Below, in pieces: positions 8,849 through 19,200 of a stretch of DNA of 64,000 bases. Below the pieces are notes generated by a model. It had not been told where the DNA came from. It ran no database searches and worked only from the letters and a program-made list of their open reading frames with translations. This stretch comes from Verrucomicrobiia bacterium (GTDB taxonomy: Bacteria > Verrucomicrobiota > Verrucomicrobiia > Limisphaerales > UBA1319), in NCBI GenBank assembly GCA_963664225.1, contig OY760937.1:4672001-4736000 (forward strand), in the 5' to 3' direction. Each line of letters begins with the position of its first letter. Positions within the stretch are counted from its first letter, which is position 1. A program made the position numbers and the translations under genes.

Positions 8849-9856
8849 ATGTCCACCTTCATTGAGCAAGCAGAACAGGTTAAGAACGCCGCGTTACAGG
8901 TGATTGAAGCCGCACCCGATCTGGCGGCGCTGGAACAGGCACGCATTCAGTTTTTGGGTGTCAACGGCCAGTTTACCGCGCTGATGAAGCAGATCGGGAC
9001 TCTCTCCAAAGAGGAGAAACCGCTGGCTGGCAAGGCGATCAACCAGTGCAAGGTTGCGTTGGAAGCTGGATTTGCGGCGCGAAAGGGCGATCTGGAACTC
9101 AAGGCGAGTCTGCCCAAGGAGCCTGCGGATTTCACCATGCCGGGTCGCAGGCGGACTTTGGGCCGGTTGCATCCGCTGACGCAGGTGACCGAGGACATCG
9201 TTCGGATTTTTCGCAAGCTGGGTTTTGTGGTGGCGGACGGCCCGGAGGTGGAGGACGATTACCATTGTTTTGACGCCCTGAACACGCCTGCGGACCATCC
9301 GGCGCGGGACATGCAGGACACGTTTTTCGTAAACCATCCCACCAAGAGTCTGCTGCGAACGCACACCTCGTCCGTGCAGATTCGCGTCATGGAGAAGCAG
9401 AAACCGCCCATCCGGATCATCGTGCCGGGGCGGGTGTATCGCCGCGACAACGCGGACGCCACGCATAATCCGACGTTTCAGCAGATTGAGGGGTTGTATG
9501 TGGATCGGGGTGTGACGGTGGGGGATTTGAAGGGGACGGTCGAGTTTGTGTTTCGGGAGTTGCTGGGCGAAGAGGTCAAGCTGCGCTTCCGGCCGCATTA
9601 TTTTTCCTACACGGAGCCTAGTTTCGAGATCGATTTTTCGAACGCGCTTGTGCGCAAGCTGGGCAAGGAATGGCTGGAAATTGCCGGTTGCGGCATGGTG
9701 CATCCCAAGGTGTTCGAGAATGTGGGGTATGACCCGGAGGTGTGGAGCGGGTGGGCGTTTGGTTTTGGCATCGAGCGGATCGCGATGATTCGTTATGCGA
9801 TCCAGGACATCCGGCTGTTCTACGAGAATGACGCGCAGTTTTTGCGGCAATTTTAA
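8849..9856 (+). CDS. pheS: Phenylalanine-tRNA ligase alpha subunit
   Basis: HPARDMQDTF, LLRTHTS, FQQIEGL and FGFGIER motifs; ATG at 8849. Confidence 0.97.
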   Translation: MSTFIEQAEQVKNAALQVIEAAPDLAALEQARIQFLGVNGQFTALMKQIGTLSKEEKPLAGKAINQCKVALEAGFAARKGDLELKASLPKEPADFTMPGRRRTLGRLHPLTQVTEDIVRIFRKLGFVVADGPEVEDDYHCFDALNTPADHPARDMQDTFFVNHPTKSLLRTHTSSVQIRVMEKQKPPIRIIVPGRVYRRDNADATHNPTFQQIEGLYVDRGVTVGDLKGTVEFVFRELLGEEVKLRFRPHYFSYTEPSFEIDFSNALVRKLGKEWLEIAGCGMVHPKVFENVGYDPEVWSGWAFGFGIERIAMIRYAIQDIRLFYENDAQFLRQF

Positions 9857-9871
9857 CAGGGACAAGATTTC

Positions 9872-12319
9872 ATGAAAGTCACTCTAAATTGGCTGAAACG
9901 CCACGTTGATTTCGACTGGACTCCGGAGGAATTGAAGGAACGGCTGACGATGCTGGGCATCGAGGTCGAAGGGGTTCAAAAACTGGGCGGCGAATTTGAA
10001 AATGTGGTCGTGGCCCAGGTCATGACCTGCGACAAGCATCCCAATGCCGACAAGCTCTCGGTGTGCAAGGTGGATGATGGCCGGACGCAGCGACAAATCG
10101 TTTGCGGCGCCAAGAATTTCAAGGTGGGCGACAAGGTGCCGCTGGCATTGCCCGGTTGCGTGATACCGACTCCGGCCGGCTCGCCGCCCTTTGTGATCAA
10201 GGTGGGCAAGCTGCGCGGCGTGGAATCACAAGGCATGATGTGTTCGGGCGAGGAATTGGGCCTGTCCGCGGACGCTTCGGGTCTGATGATTTTGCCTGCG
10301 GATGCAAAAGTGGGCCAGGCGTTTGCCGAGTTTTTGGGGAAGACGAGCGGGGACGTGGTCTATGATCTGGAAATCACACCCAACCGGCCCGACCTGAACA
10401 GCGTGATCGGCATTGCGCGCGAGATTGCGGCATTGACGGGTAATCCGCTGAAATGGCCGGAATTAAAGCCACTGGTCGAAGCCGCGCCCAATACCAATGG
10501 GCAGGACGTCAACAGCCAAATCCGCGTGCGCATTGAAGACGCGGAGCTTTGTCCGCGTTACACCGCCCGCGTGGTGCGCGGCGTGAAGGTGGGACCCAGC
10601 CCGGCGTGGTTGAAAGAGATGCTTGAAAAGGTGGGTATTCGGAGCATCAGCAACGTGGTCGATGTGACGAACTTCGTGATGCTCGAAAGCGGACAGCCCT
10701 TGCACGCCTTCGATTTTCATTTGATCGCCCGCAAGTCGCCCGAGGAATTGCCCACGATCGTGGTGCGGCGCGCCGGGGAAGGGGAAAAATTCACGACACT
10801 CGATGGCCAGCAACGGACATTGACCAGCCAGATGCTGGTGATTGCCGATGAAGTGCATGCGGTGGCCCTGGCAGGTGTCATGGGCGGGTTGAACAGCGAG
10901 ATCAAGGACAGCACGGCCGATGTGCTGATCGAGAGCGCCTGTTTTCAGCCGCAATCGATCCGGGCGACCTCCAAGAAACTGGATTTGCGTTCGGATGCCT
11001 CGTATCGCTACGAACGGGGCAGCGATGTGTGCATCTGTGACTGGGCGAGCCGTCGCGCAGAGGATTTGATTTTGGAGACCGCAGGTGGCCAGGCCGTTGC
11101 CGGTGTGGTGGATGCATTTCCCAAGGCGCACACGGCCAAGGAAATCACCTTAAGGTTCGAGAAAACCAATGCCTTGCTCGGTGTGGACATTGCGGTGGAT
11201 CAGCAGGTCGCCTTTTTGAAGAATCTGGGGCTTGAACTGGTGCGTGTCGAGGGAACCGTCAGCGCGGTGTTCCGCATTCCATCGTTCCGCGTGGATTTGA
11301 AACGCGAGGCGGATTTGATCGAAGAGGTCGCGCGCATTTACGGGGTGGAAAAGATACCTTCCCGCGCTCCCGCCTGCGTGGCGGGCAGCCATCCATACGA
11401 TCACACGCATAATGAACTGGCTGAGGCGCGGCGTTTGCTCACGGGACTGGGTCTGGACGAAACACAGGGACAGACGCTCCTTGCGGAGGCATCCGCGAAG
11501 CTGGTTTGCGCGGAGCCGGTTTATTTGCAGAACGCGCTGAGCGCGGATATGACCGTGCTGCGTCCCAGTTTGCTGCCGGGTTTATTGGAAGCGCTGCAAC
11601 GGAATCTGAATCGCAAAAATGGGGATCTGGCCTTTTTCGAGATCGGACGGGTGTTTGGTTTGCAAAACGGGCAGTTGGCGGAAGAACGGCGGGTTGCCGT
11701 GGCCCTGACCGGACTTCGTGCCCCGGCTTTCTGGAGCGGTGCGGAGCGTAACGCGCTGATGGATCTTTCGGACTTGAAGGGTTTGTTGGAAACCTTCCTG
11801 GAGCAGTTTGGACTCCGTGGAGTCACCTATGTCCGACGCCCGGAGCCGACACCGCTTTATATCGAATCCGCCACGATTCATTTGGGCAAGATGGTCCTGG
11901 GTGAGTTGGGTCAACTGCAGCCTTTATTGGCGAAACGGTATGACCTGCGCAATGGGGCGTTTTTCGCCGAACTGAACATGGACCTGCTGCTGGCACGGCG
12001 GAATACGGCTCGTCAATTCAAGCCGTTGCCGCAATTCCCAAGCGTGCGCCGCGATGTGGCAATGGTGGTGCCGGAATCGGTGACCCATGACGCCGTGTTG
12101 AACGCGGTCAAACAGGCCAAGGTTCAGAATCTCGAGGCGGTGGAGTTGTTCGATGTGTTTCGCGGACAGAATGTTCCCGAGGGCCACAAAAGCCTGGCTT
12201 ACGCCTTTACATATCGCAATGCTGAGCGCACTTTGACGGATGCCGAAGTCAACAGCGCTCATCTCAAACTGGTGGAACAGTTTAAATCCGGATTGCAGGC
12301 GGTGGTGCGCGAAGGTTGA
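9872..12319 (+). CDS. pheT: Phenylalanine-tRNA ligase beta subunit
   Basis: HPNADKL, IVCGA, ITPNRPD, GQPLHAFD motifs and an FDX-ACB C-terminus. Confidence 0.97.
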   Translation: MKVTLNWLKRHVDFDWTPEELKERLTMLGIEVEGVQKLGGEFENVVVAQVMTCDKHPNADKLSVCKVDDGRTQRQIVCGAKNFKVGDKVPLALPGCVIPTPAGSPPFVIKVGKLRGVESQGMMCSGEELGLSADASGLMILPADAKVGQAFAEFLGKTSGDVVYDLEITPNRPDLNSVIGIAREIAALTGNPLKWPELKPLVEAAPNTNGQDVNSQIRVRIEDAELCPRYTARVVRGVKVGPSPAWLKEMLEKVGIRSISNVVDVTNFVMLESGQPLHAFDFHLIARKSPEELPTIVVRRAGEGEKFTTLDGQQRTLTSQMLVIADEVHAVALAGVMGGLNSEIKDSTADVLIESACFQPQSIRATSKKLDLRSDASYRYERGSDVCICDWASRRAEDLILETAGGQAVAGVVDAFPKAHTAKEITLRFEKTNALLGVDIAVDQQVAFLKNLGLELVRVEGTVSAVFRIPSFRVDLKREADLIEEVARIYGVEKIPSRAPACVAGSHPYDHTHNELAEARRLLTGLGLDETQGQTLLAEASAKLVCAEPVYLQNALSADMTVLRPSLLPGLLEALQRNLNRKNGDLAFFEIGRVFGLQNGQLAEERRVAVALTGLRAPAFWSGAERNALMDLSDLKGLLETFLEQFGLRGVTYVRRPEPTPLYIESATIHLGKMVLGELGQLQPLLAKRYDLRNGAFFAELNMDLLLARRNTARQFKPLPQFPSVRRDVAMVVPESVTHDAVLNAVKQAKVQNLEAVELFDVFRGQNVPEGHKSLAYAFTYRNAERTLTDAEVNSAHLKLVEQFKSGLQAVVREG

Positions 12320-12359
12320 AGCGCGGCGCAGCGGGCGTTCATCCGCCATTGACAATATT

Positions 12360-12392
12360 GCGGGCCGGGCGTTTACCCGGCCCGTTTTTTTT
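12360..12392 (+). terminator. Intrinsic terminator after pheT
   Basis: GCGGGCCGGG-CGTTTA-CCCGGCCCGT followed by TTTTTT. Confidence 0.8.
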
Positions 12393-12427
12393 GAGGGTCA
12401 TCAAGTCAGTTTTGCCTGTTGTCTCGC

Positions 12428-13336
12428 ATGAATGAGGCGGAACAAGCGCCCGAAAATGGGGCTGTGATTTTGACGGAATCCGAGCAACAAGCTCAGGATT
12501 GGAGCCTGGTATTGACCAGCCAGGGGATGGAATCGTTGCTGCTTGCGCCCTCCGAGGAGACGCCGTCATGGCGGTTGGTCATTGAGGCTGCGGACCTGCC
12601 GCGCGCCCAGGAGGCGATCGGCAAATTCTGCGCGGAAAACCGGGGATGGAAACTACGCCAAAGGCTGCCCTGGTCGGGGCTGGTCTTTCATTGGGGCGCG
12701 TTGTTCTGGGCTCTGAGCATCATGTTGTTTCATGCAGGCGCGCAATGGATTGGACCTGCGTGGACCACGTCTGGAATGGTGAACAGCGAGGCGGTGCGCG
12801 CCGGGGAGTGGTGGCGGTTGTTTACCGCAGTCACACTGCATGCGGACATAGGTCACTTGATGGCCAATGCCACGATTGGATTTATTCTACTCGGGCTGGC
12901 CATGGCGCGGTTTGGGGCGGGGTGGGCGTTATTGGTTTCATTTCTAGCGGGTGGCGCGGGTAATTTGCTGGCTTATTTTCTGGATCCAATGACGCATCGC
13001 AGCCTTGGAGCGTCGGGAATGGTGATGGGCGCGCTGGGCCTTGTGGCCATCCAGTCCTTCGGATATTGGCGGGGTCAAGGGAACACAAAGCGACTGTTTG
13101 CGTCAGGCGTATTCGCTGGTGTGCTGCTGTTTATCCTCTTGGGCATGGACCCGCGCAGCGACGTTCTGGCACATGCGGGCGGATTCATGGGCGGCACTGT
13201 TCTCGGCCTGGGGTTGCTACTGGTTCCGGAACGATGGCAGCAAAGCCTGAAGGCCAACGCGGTGGCGATTGCCATCACCTGCACATTAGTGTTGTGGACC
13301 TGGCACCTGGCACTGAGCGCTTCCGTCCTCAAGTAA
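12428..13336 (+). CDS. Rhomboid family intramembrane serine protease with N-terminal soluble domain
   Basis: WWRLFT, H...HLMAN, GASG (catalytic Ser) and AHAGG (catalytic His) motifs. Confidence 0.92.
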   Translation: MNEAEQAPENGAVILTESEQQAQDWSLVLTSQGMESLLLAPSEETPSWRLVIEAADLPRAQEAIGKFCAENRGWKLRQRLPWSGLVFHWGALFWALSIMLFHAGAQWIGPAWTTSGMVNSEAVRAGEWWRLFTAVTLHADIGHLMANATIGFILLGLAMARFGAGWALLVSFLAGGAGNLLAYFLDPMTHRSLGASGMVMGALGLVAIQSFGYWRGQGNTKRLFASGVFAGVLLFILLGMDPRSDVLAHAGGFMGGTVLGLGLLLVPERWQQSLKANAVAIAITCTLVLWTWHLALSASVLK

Positions 13337-13342
13337 TCGCCA

Positions 13343-14608
13343 TTAACGGATTGGACTGGAACAGAATTTTTCAAACGCTCCACCCAGGAGGTCTGAGACG
13401 TCGCGTTGAATATCGTCAGGTTGTGGGTTCCATCCGGTGCGGGCCAGGTCGATGTATTTTTCGGTCAGCACTTTCGAGATGACCTGACGCGAATGGCTCC
13501 ATTTATAAACGATCTGATCCAGAACCCGTGCGTCCGAGTGTTGCGCGGTGAAGCTGGGACCGAGGAGTTCGAGGCGCATGCGGGTGATTTCCTCGATCTG
13601 GCCCGGGATATTGGTAAACCACCAGCAACCGAAGGGATGGAGATTGCGGAATTTGCGGGCAATGACGCAAAGCGTGTGCTGGTTCTCGCGCGATAATGCC
13701 GTGGCCAGGAATTTATTCTCTGGAAAACCGGCGCAAAGATTTTCGAGCGCGGACATTTTACTCAGGCCCACACCATCGCCTGCGAGGCGAAGCTGGGGAT
13801 TGACCCCGCGCTTGACCCCGAGCATCACGGCCAAGGGTAGTCCGTGATCGCGCGCATGGGGCAGGACGGCCTCTGTCAGGAGGCGGTCGCAATCGTCTTT
13901 AGCGGGATGATCGAAATCCGGAGGCAGAGAGACCATGAGATAACGTGCGTCGATTTTTCGGGACCAATCTGCGAGAAAACGGCGGACTGCACTGATGGTT
14001 TTTGGAGTCAGGTTTTTAGCGGTTTTGTATCCCCAGGAGGCGAGCTTTTGCGCCGTGTCCGGCCAGGAAAGGAGGAGGGGATCGATGCGCAATGCGGCGG
14101 TGAATCGGGGGTCGCGGTGGAAACCTTTTTCCCAAAGCGGACGCTCCTCATCGTCGAACGGGGAGTTGGTCATGCAAATGGAGCGCACGCCGGCTGCTTC
14201 CATGCAACGCGTCGTATAGTCTTCCTTTGTCCATGAAGAAAACCATTTTCTCAATGCGGGCAAGTCTCGTTTTTTTGGACTGATTCCGAGTTGGTTGAGC
14301 GTTGTGAGAACGCCGCGGCAAGACTCGGAAATGGGGGAATGGTCGATGAACAGGGCGTTCCAAATCGCATCCGCCTGCTCTATTTTGCTCAAGGTCCAGA
14401 ACCGAGAGTAGCTCATGGGCATCTGGCGAAACGATTCGGCCACCAGGTAATGATAGGTGAGAAGGTCGTCGATGCCGCACAGCAACAGCGATCCGAAGGC
14501 GGGATCGTAGAGATGGGTGTGAATGTCATAGACCGGGGTGGCGTAAACGATCTTTTCGACCAGAGCGGCTAGGGCCTTTTCGCGTTGTGGAGACAGAGAT
14601 GTTTTCAT
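13343..14608 (-). CDS. uxaC: Glucuronate (uronate) isomerase, divergent amidohydrolase-fold type
   Basis: DIHTHL, LLTYHYL, GCWWF and QHSDARVLDQ motifs. Confidence 0.82.
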   Translation of the reverse strand: MKTSLSPQREKALAALVEKIVYATPVYDIHTHLYDPAFGSLLLCGIDDLLTYHYLVAESFRQMPMSYSRFWTLSKIEQADAIWNALFIDHSPISESCRGVLTTLNQLGISPKKRDLPALRKWFSSWTKEDYTTRCMEAAGVRSICMTNSPFDDEERPLWEKGFHRDPRFTAALRIDPLLLSWPDTAQKLASWGYKTAKNLTPKTISAVRRFLADWSRKIDARYLMVSLPPDFDHPAKDDCDRLLTEAVLPHARDHGLPLAVMLGVKRGVNPQLRLAGDGVGLSKMSALENLCAGFPENKFLATALSRENQHTLCVIARKFRNLHPFGCWWFTNIPGQIEEITRMRLELLGPSFTAQHSDARVLDQIVYKWSHSRQVISKVLTEKYIDLARTGWNPQPDDIQRDVSDLLGGAFEKFCSSPIR

Positions 14609-14700
14609 GGCAAAATAGTGTGATAGCAAAGACAAGATGGAATTCGTTTATGGCCTGCGATAAAATTCTTCTGCAAACCTGGACGCGGAATGCAAAAAGC

Positions 14701-14724
14701 GCCCGGTGAGGGCACCGGGCCTAC
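14701..14724 (-). repeat. Single GTAG-type REP of a second sequence class
   Basis: Minus strand GTAG-GCCCGGTG-CCCT-CACCGGGC, a perfect 8-bp stem, intergenic. Confidence 0.65.
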
Positions 14725-14808
14725 AGGTCCCTGAGACCCCCGCATCTACTGCATTTTGTTTTGCGTCCATTCGTTCAAGAATCCACAGCACTCTTTTTTT
14801 TTAATGGG

Positions 14809-16134
14809 TTATTCAGCGGGCAATAAATCACCGACAATGAGAATGGCGCCCACGTACCAGGCAGTGCCATCAAAGCGTTTGGGGTCGTCCATTTTTTCGT
14901 TTCGCTCGGCCAGGATTTTGACCTTGTCGGGCTGCTCCGATTGGATGGTCAGCTTTACGGTGTGAATCGTGTTTGGCAGGCGGTCTGCGACGAGCCATTT
15001 GCTGAGCCGGTGATAGGTGCAATAGGCATCGAAGCGGGGCTGAATGTGAGCGGGTTGGTCATCGATCTGGGCGCTGACCTGGCCGCAGTCCGGTCCAACC
15101 AGATCGTAAAAGGCAAGGGAGGAGCCTCGGAATTTCAGCGTGATCGTTTCGCCGGTCTTGGAGGCCGACCACAAGGGAGAAAGGCGCTGCCCAAAGTCGC
15201 GTGCCAGACGGTTGGTGGCGGGATCGAGTCTGACCCAGCCCGCGCTCAATCGGGCTTGGTCCAGGGGAAGCATTTGGGCGGCTTGGAGATGGTCCTCGAC
15301 CAGTGGAGCGTCCAGAACGTGGGGGGCCGGTTTGCCGATCTTTTCAATTTTGGACATCGAACGTATGATCGCCTCCAGATAGAGCGCGTGGCCGGTGTCG
15401 GTATAGGGGTGGACCGAGTCCGGTGAGAAGAGAATCTTGCCTTCCAGCGCGGCTTTTTCAGCATCAGTCTGTGGTTTGGCTCCCGTGAAGACGAGTTTAC
15501 CTTCTTTCTCCATGCGCGCGACTTCGACGCCCATGTGAATGGAAGGAATGGCGTAGTGGTCGGCCACTTTTTCCATGGCACTGGCGGCGCGCGGGAAATG
15601 GCCCTGGCCTTCCTGGAGCGGCTTCAAGTAATCTTTGACCAGGGTATAAACAAAGCAAATGTCGATGGCGGGATCGAATTTCCAGGTCTGGCGAACGATG
15701 CCCTCCATCTGACGATAAATATCCTTTGGATCGGCCCCGCCGTCATTGACAGCGAATTCGACGAACAGGAGGTCGGGATGATGTTCCAATACGTCATGAC
15801 GCAGGCGGAAGACGCCCAAATCCGAACCGGTGCCGCCAATCGCGGCGTTGATCTCGGTGATGCGGGCTTTGGGAAACTGCCCTTGGAACCACGCAAGGGA
15901 TTTGGGCCGCCAGCCGTCCTGGGCTGTGATGCTGCCGCCCAGATAGGCGATTCGGACGTCACCGCCCTGATGGAGTTTGCCATAGAAGTTTGGCAGGCCG
16001 TTTCGGGGACGGCACTCGACGGCCGCAGCTTGCGGATTGGCCAGGTCGTTTGTGGACGGCTTATCCTGGGCCATGGCGGCCAGCGCGGTCGCCATGCAGA
16101 CTGCGATGTAAAAAAGCTTGTTGAGCATACGCAT
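14809..16134 (-). CDS. Secreted SGNH/GDSL hydrolase family protein
   Basis: Signal peptide (ALAAMAQ); blocks LGGSIT, GGTGS, EFAVND and DSVHP. Confidence 0.87.
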   Translation of the reverse strand: MRMLNKLFYIAVCMATALAAMAQDKPSTNDLANPQAAAVECRPRNGLPNFYGKLHQGGDVRIAYLGGSITAQDGWRPKSLAWFQGQFPKARITEINAAIGGTGSDLGVFRLRHDVLEHHPDLLFVEFAVNDGGADPKDIYRQMEGIVRQTWKFDPAIDICFVYTLVKDYLKPLQEGQGHFPRAASAMEKVADHYAIPSIHMGVEVARMEKEGKLVFTGAKPQTDAEKAALEGKILFSPDSVHPYTDTGHALYLEAIIRSMSKIEKIGKPAPHVLDAPLVEDHLQAAQMLPLDQARLSAGWVRLDPATNRLARDFGQRLSPLWSASKTGETITLKFRGSSLAFYDLVGPDCGQVSAQIDDQPAHIQPRFDAYCTYHRLSKWLVADRLPNTIHTVKLTIQSEQPDKVKILAERNEKMDDPKRFDGTAWYVGAILIVGDLLPAE

Positions 16135-16199
16135 GAGTTGAGGTCGAGCATGCCCAAGCACGAAGCTTTTTAAAGGTTTATTATTGCGGCGTGCGGATC

Positions 16200-16236
16200 A
16201 AAAAAAAGGCATGCCTTCCAATAAAGAGGGCATGCC
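16200..16236 (-). terminator. Intrinsic terminator after the RCC1-repeat gene
   Basis: Minus strand GGCATGCCCTC-TTTATTG-GAAGGCATGCC followed by TTTTTTT. Confidence 0.8.
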
Positions 16237-16261
16237 CTGTGAGATCTGTAGGACTCCCGGT

Positions 16262-19200
16262 TTAACGGTTTTTGGCCCGGTAAAAACGCATCTGCAGGCC
16301 GCCCGTCTGGTCATCCACGAAGTCGAATGAGCCAGCAGGTCCGGCTGTTGCCGTGCCAATCTTTGCCCATGACGACAGGTCCGGGGAGGCTTCGATGTCG
16401 TAGGCAATTCCCGGGACCCCAATGAAGTGAATGGTCGGCTTGCCGCTGGTTACGTTCAGGCCCTTGAGGTTCGCGACTTGCCCGGCATCATCGAATAACG
16501 CCAGGGAGTGATCCCCACCGGCCGCAATGGCTGTGACGCCACTCATCCAACTTGAGATTGTGGATTGGCCGGAGGCATTATTGCCCCATGCCACCACGGT
16601 GCCGCCGCTCTTCAAGGCGAGACTGTGATATTGACCCGCCGCGATGGATATAACTCCGGTTAAGCCGCTCGGAATGGTGCATTGGCCAGAGGTATTTGCC
16701 CCCCATGCGACGACCGTGCCGTCCTGTTTTAAGGCCAGACAATGATAGTCACCGGCTGCAATGGCGGTGACACCACTCAGCCCTTCGGGAACCGTGTGCT
16801 GGCCATACGTGTTGGCCCCCCAGGCAATGACCGTGCCGTCGCTCTTCAGAGCCAGACTGTGACCGTAACCCGCCGCGATGGCCACGACACTGGTCAAGCC
16901 ATTGGGCACCGTGCATTGACCGAAGGTGTTGCCGCCCCAGGCGACGACCGTGCCGTCATTTTTCAATGCAAGACTGTGACTGTAACCTGCTGCGACGGCC
17001 ACGACGCCGGTCAACCCGTCAGGCACCGTGGATTGGCCATAGATGTTCCAACCCCACGCGACGACTGCTCCATTATTTTTCAAGGCGAGGCTGTGACCAA
17101 AGCCTGCCGCGATGTTTGTGACACTGGTCAAGCCATTGGGCACCGTGCATTGACCGTAGGTGTTGGCTCCCCAGGCAAGGACAGTGCCATCAGCCTTTAG
17201 TCCGAGACCGTGTTGCGCACCCGCAGCCAATTTCACGAAATGATTCGTTTTTTCATTGGGTACGAAATCCGCCTCGGATCCCCAGTCCGATATGGCACCA
17301 GAGGCTGCCATGAAGCCGGCCACCAGCGTCCGGTTGGTTGACGCAACAAAACTGTAAATGGGATTGGCACTGACCGGCATGCCACCTTCAGTCCAATTGA
17401 TGAACCGGAATCCGACATCAGGCGTTGCGCTCAGAGTGACAGAGGAGCCGATTGCAAAAGACCCGCCCGATGTGACAACCCCTCCGTCGTTTGGAGAGGC
17501 GGTTGCGCTGATAGTGCAACCCGGCAGAAAATTAGCCACCAGCACGCGATTGGATGCACCCACAAAGCTGAAGTTGGGAGAACTGCTCACGGGAGTTCCA
17601 GCCTCGGTCCAATTGATGAACAAATACCCATCATTGGGCGCCGCATTGAGCGTGATATTCGCTCCGAGATCGAAGGCCCCGGCGCCAGTCACCGTGCCGC
17701 CAGTAGCCGGTGAAGCGCTGGCTTGAATGTTGCAACCGTGGACAAAGTTGGCCACGAGCGTGCGGTTGGTTGAGGCAACAAAGCGATAGGTTGGGGAGGT
17801 GCTTACGGGGATCCCGGCCTCAGTCCAATTCGAAAACCAATAGCCGCTGTTCACTGTGGCGACGAGTGTGACATTGATTCCGCTGAAATACGTTCCTGCA
17901 CCAGTAATACTACCACCCGCCTCTGGTGAAGATGTGGCCGTGATGAGTGCAGACGAGGAGGCATCTCCATACAGGGCCAGGCTCTGAGTACCACAAGCGG
18001 CAATGGCTGAGACCCGGCTTAAAACCTTAGGTGCTGTACTTTGCCCATAATTATTCCGTCCCCATCCTACGACCGTCCCGTCCTTCTTTAAAGCAAGGCT
18101 ATGAAATTCAGTTGCTGCAATGGCTACTACGTCGGTCAAACCGCCGGGCACATTGCACTCGCCATAGGAATTGTCTCCCCATGCGACGACCGTGCCGTCG
18201 TTCTTAAGGGCCAGGCTGTGATAACCACCTGCCACGACAGCTTTGACGCCGTTCAGACCAGCGGGGACTGAACATTGTCCAGAGCCGTTGCCTCCCCACG
18301 CGACAATCGTACCATCATCCTTTAAGGCCAGACTGTGTTTAAAACCACCCGAAATGGCCGTTACTCCTGTCAGCCCGCCTGGCACCGTGGCCTGACCATA
18401 ATTGACAGTTCCACCCACTGCACCCCATGCCACGACTGTGCCATCGTTTTTCAGGGCCATGCTATGAAACCGACCGGCTGAAATGGCCACCACCCCGCTC
18501 AATGCAGCAGGCACCTGGCTTACACCATAATCGGTCCCTCCCCATGTGACAATCGTGCCATCCCGTTTCAACGCCAGACTGTGGCCAAAACCCGTTGCGA
18601 TGGCCACTGCATCCGTCAACCCACTGGGCACATTGCATTCGCCAAATCCATTTTGGCCCCAGGCGACGACTGTGCCGTCGTTTTTCAAGGCAACACCAAA
18701 GCCGTTACCTGCGGCGATGGCTGTGGCTCCACTCAGGCCATTGGGTCCACTCTGCTGGTCCATCGAATTGTCACCCCACGCGATGAGCGTTCCATCGTTC
18801 TTTATGGCCAGGCTGTGGCTTGTACCTCCCGCGATGGAGGTCACACCTGTCAAGCCACCGGGAACCGTGCATTGGCCATGGTCGTCCAGTCCCCAAGCCA
18901 CGACTGTTCCATCGCTTTTCAGCGCCATGCCATGAAACCGACCGGCTGCAATGGCCACCACATTGCTCAAGCCACTGGGCACCGTGGTTTGGCCGTTGCC
19001 ATTGAATCCCCATGCGGCAACCGTGCCATCGTTCTTCAAGGCCAGGCTGTGGTAATAACCGGTCGCAATGGCCACCACACCGGTCAATCCGGCAGGCACG
19101 TTGCCATTAGAGTCATTCCAACCCCAGGTAACGACTGTTCCATCATTCTTGAGGGCAAGGGTGTGATCACGAGCGGCGGCGATGGCCGTTACACCGCTCA

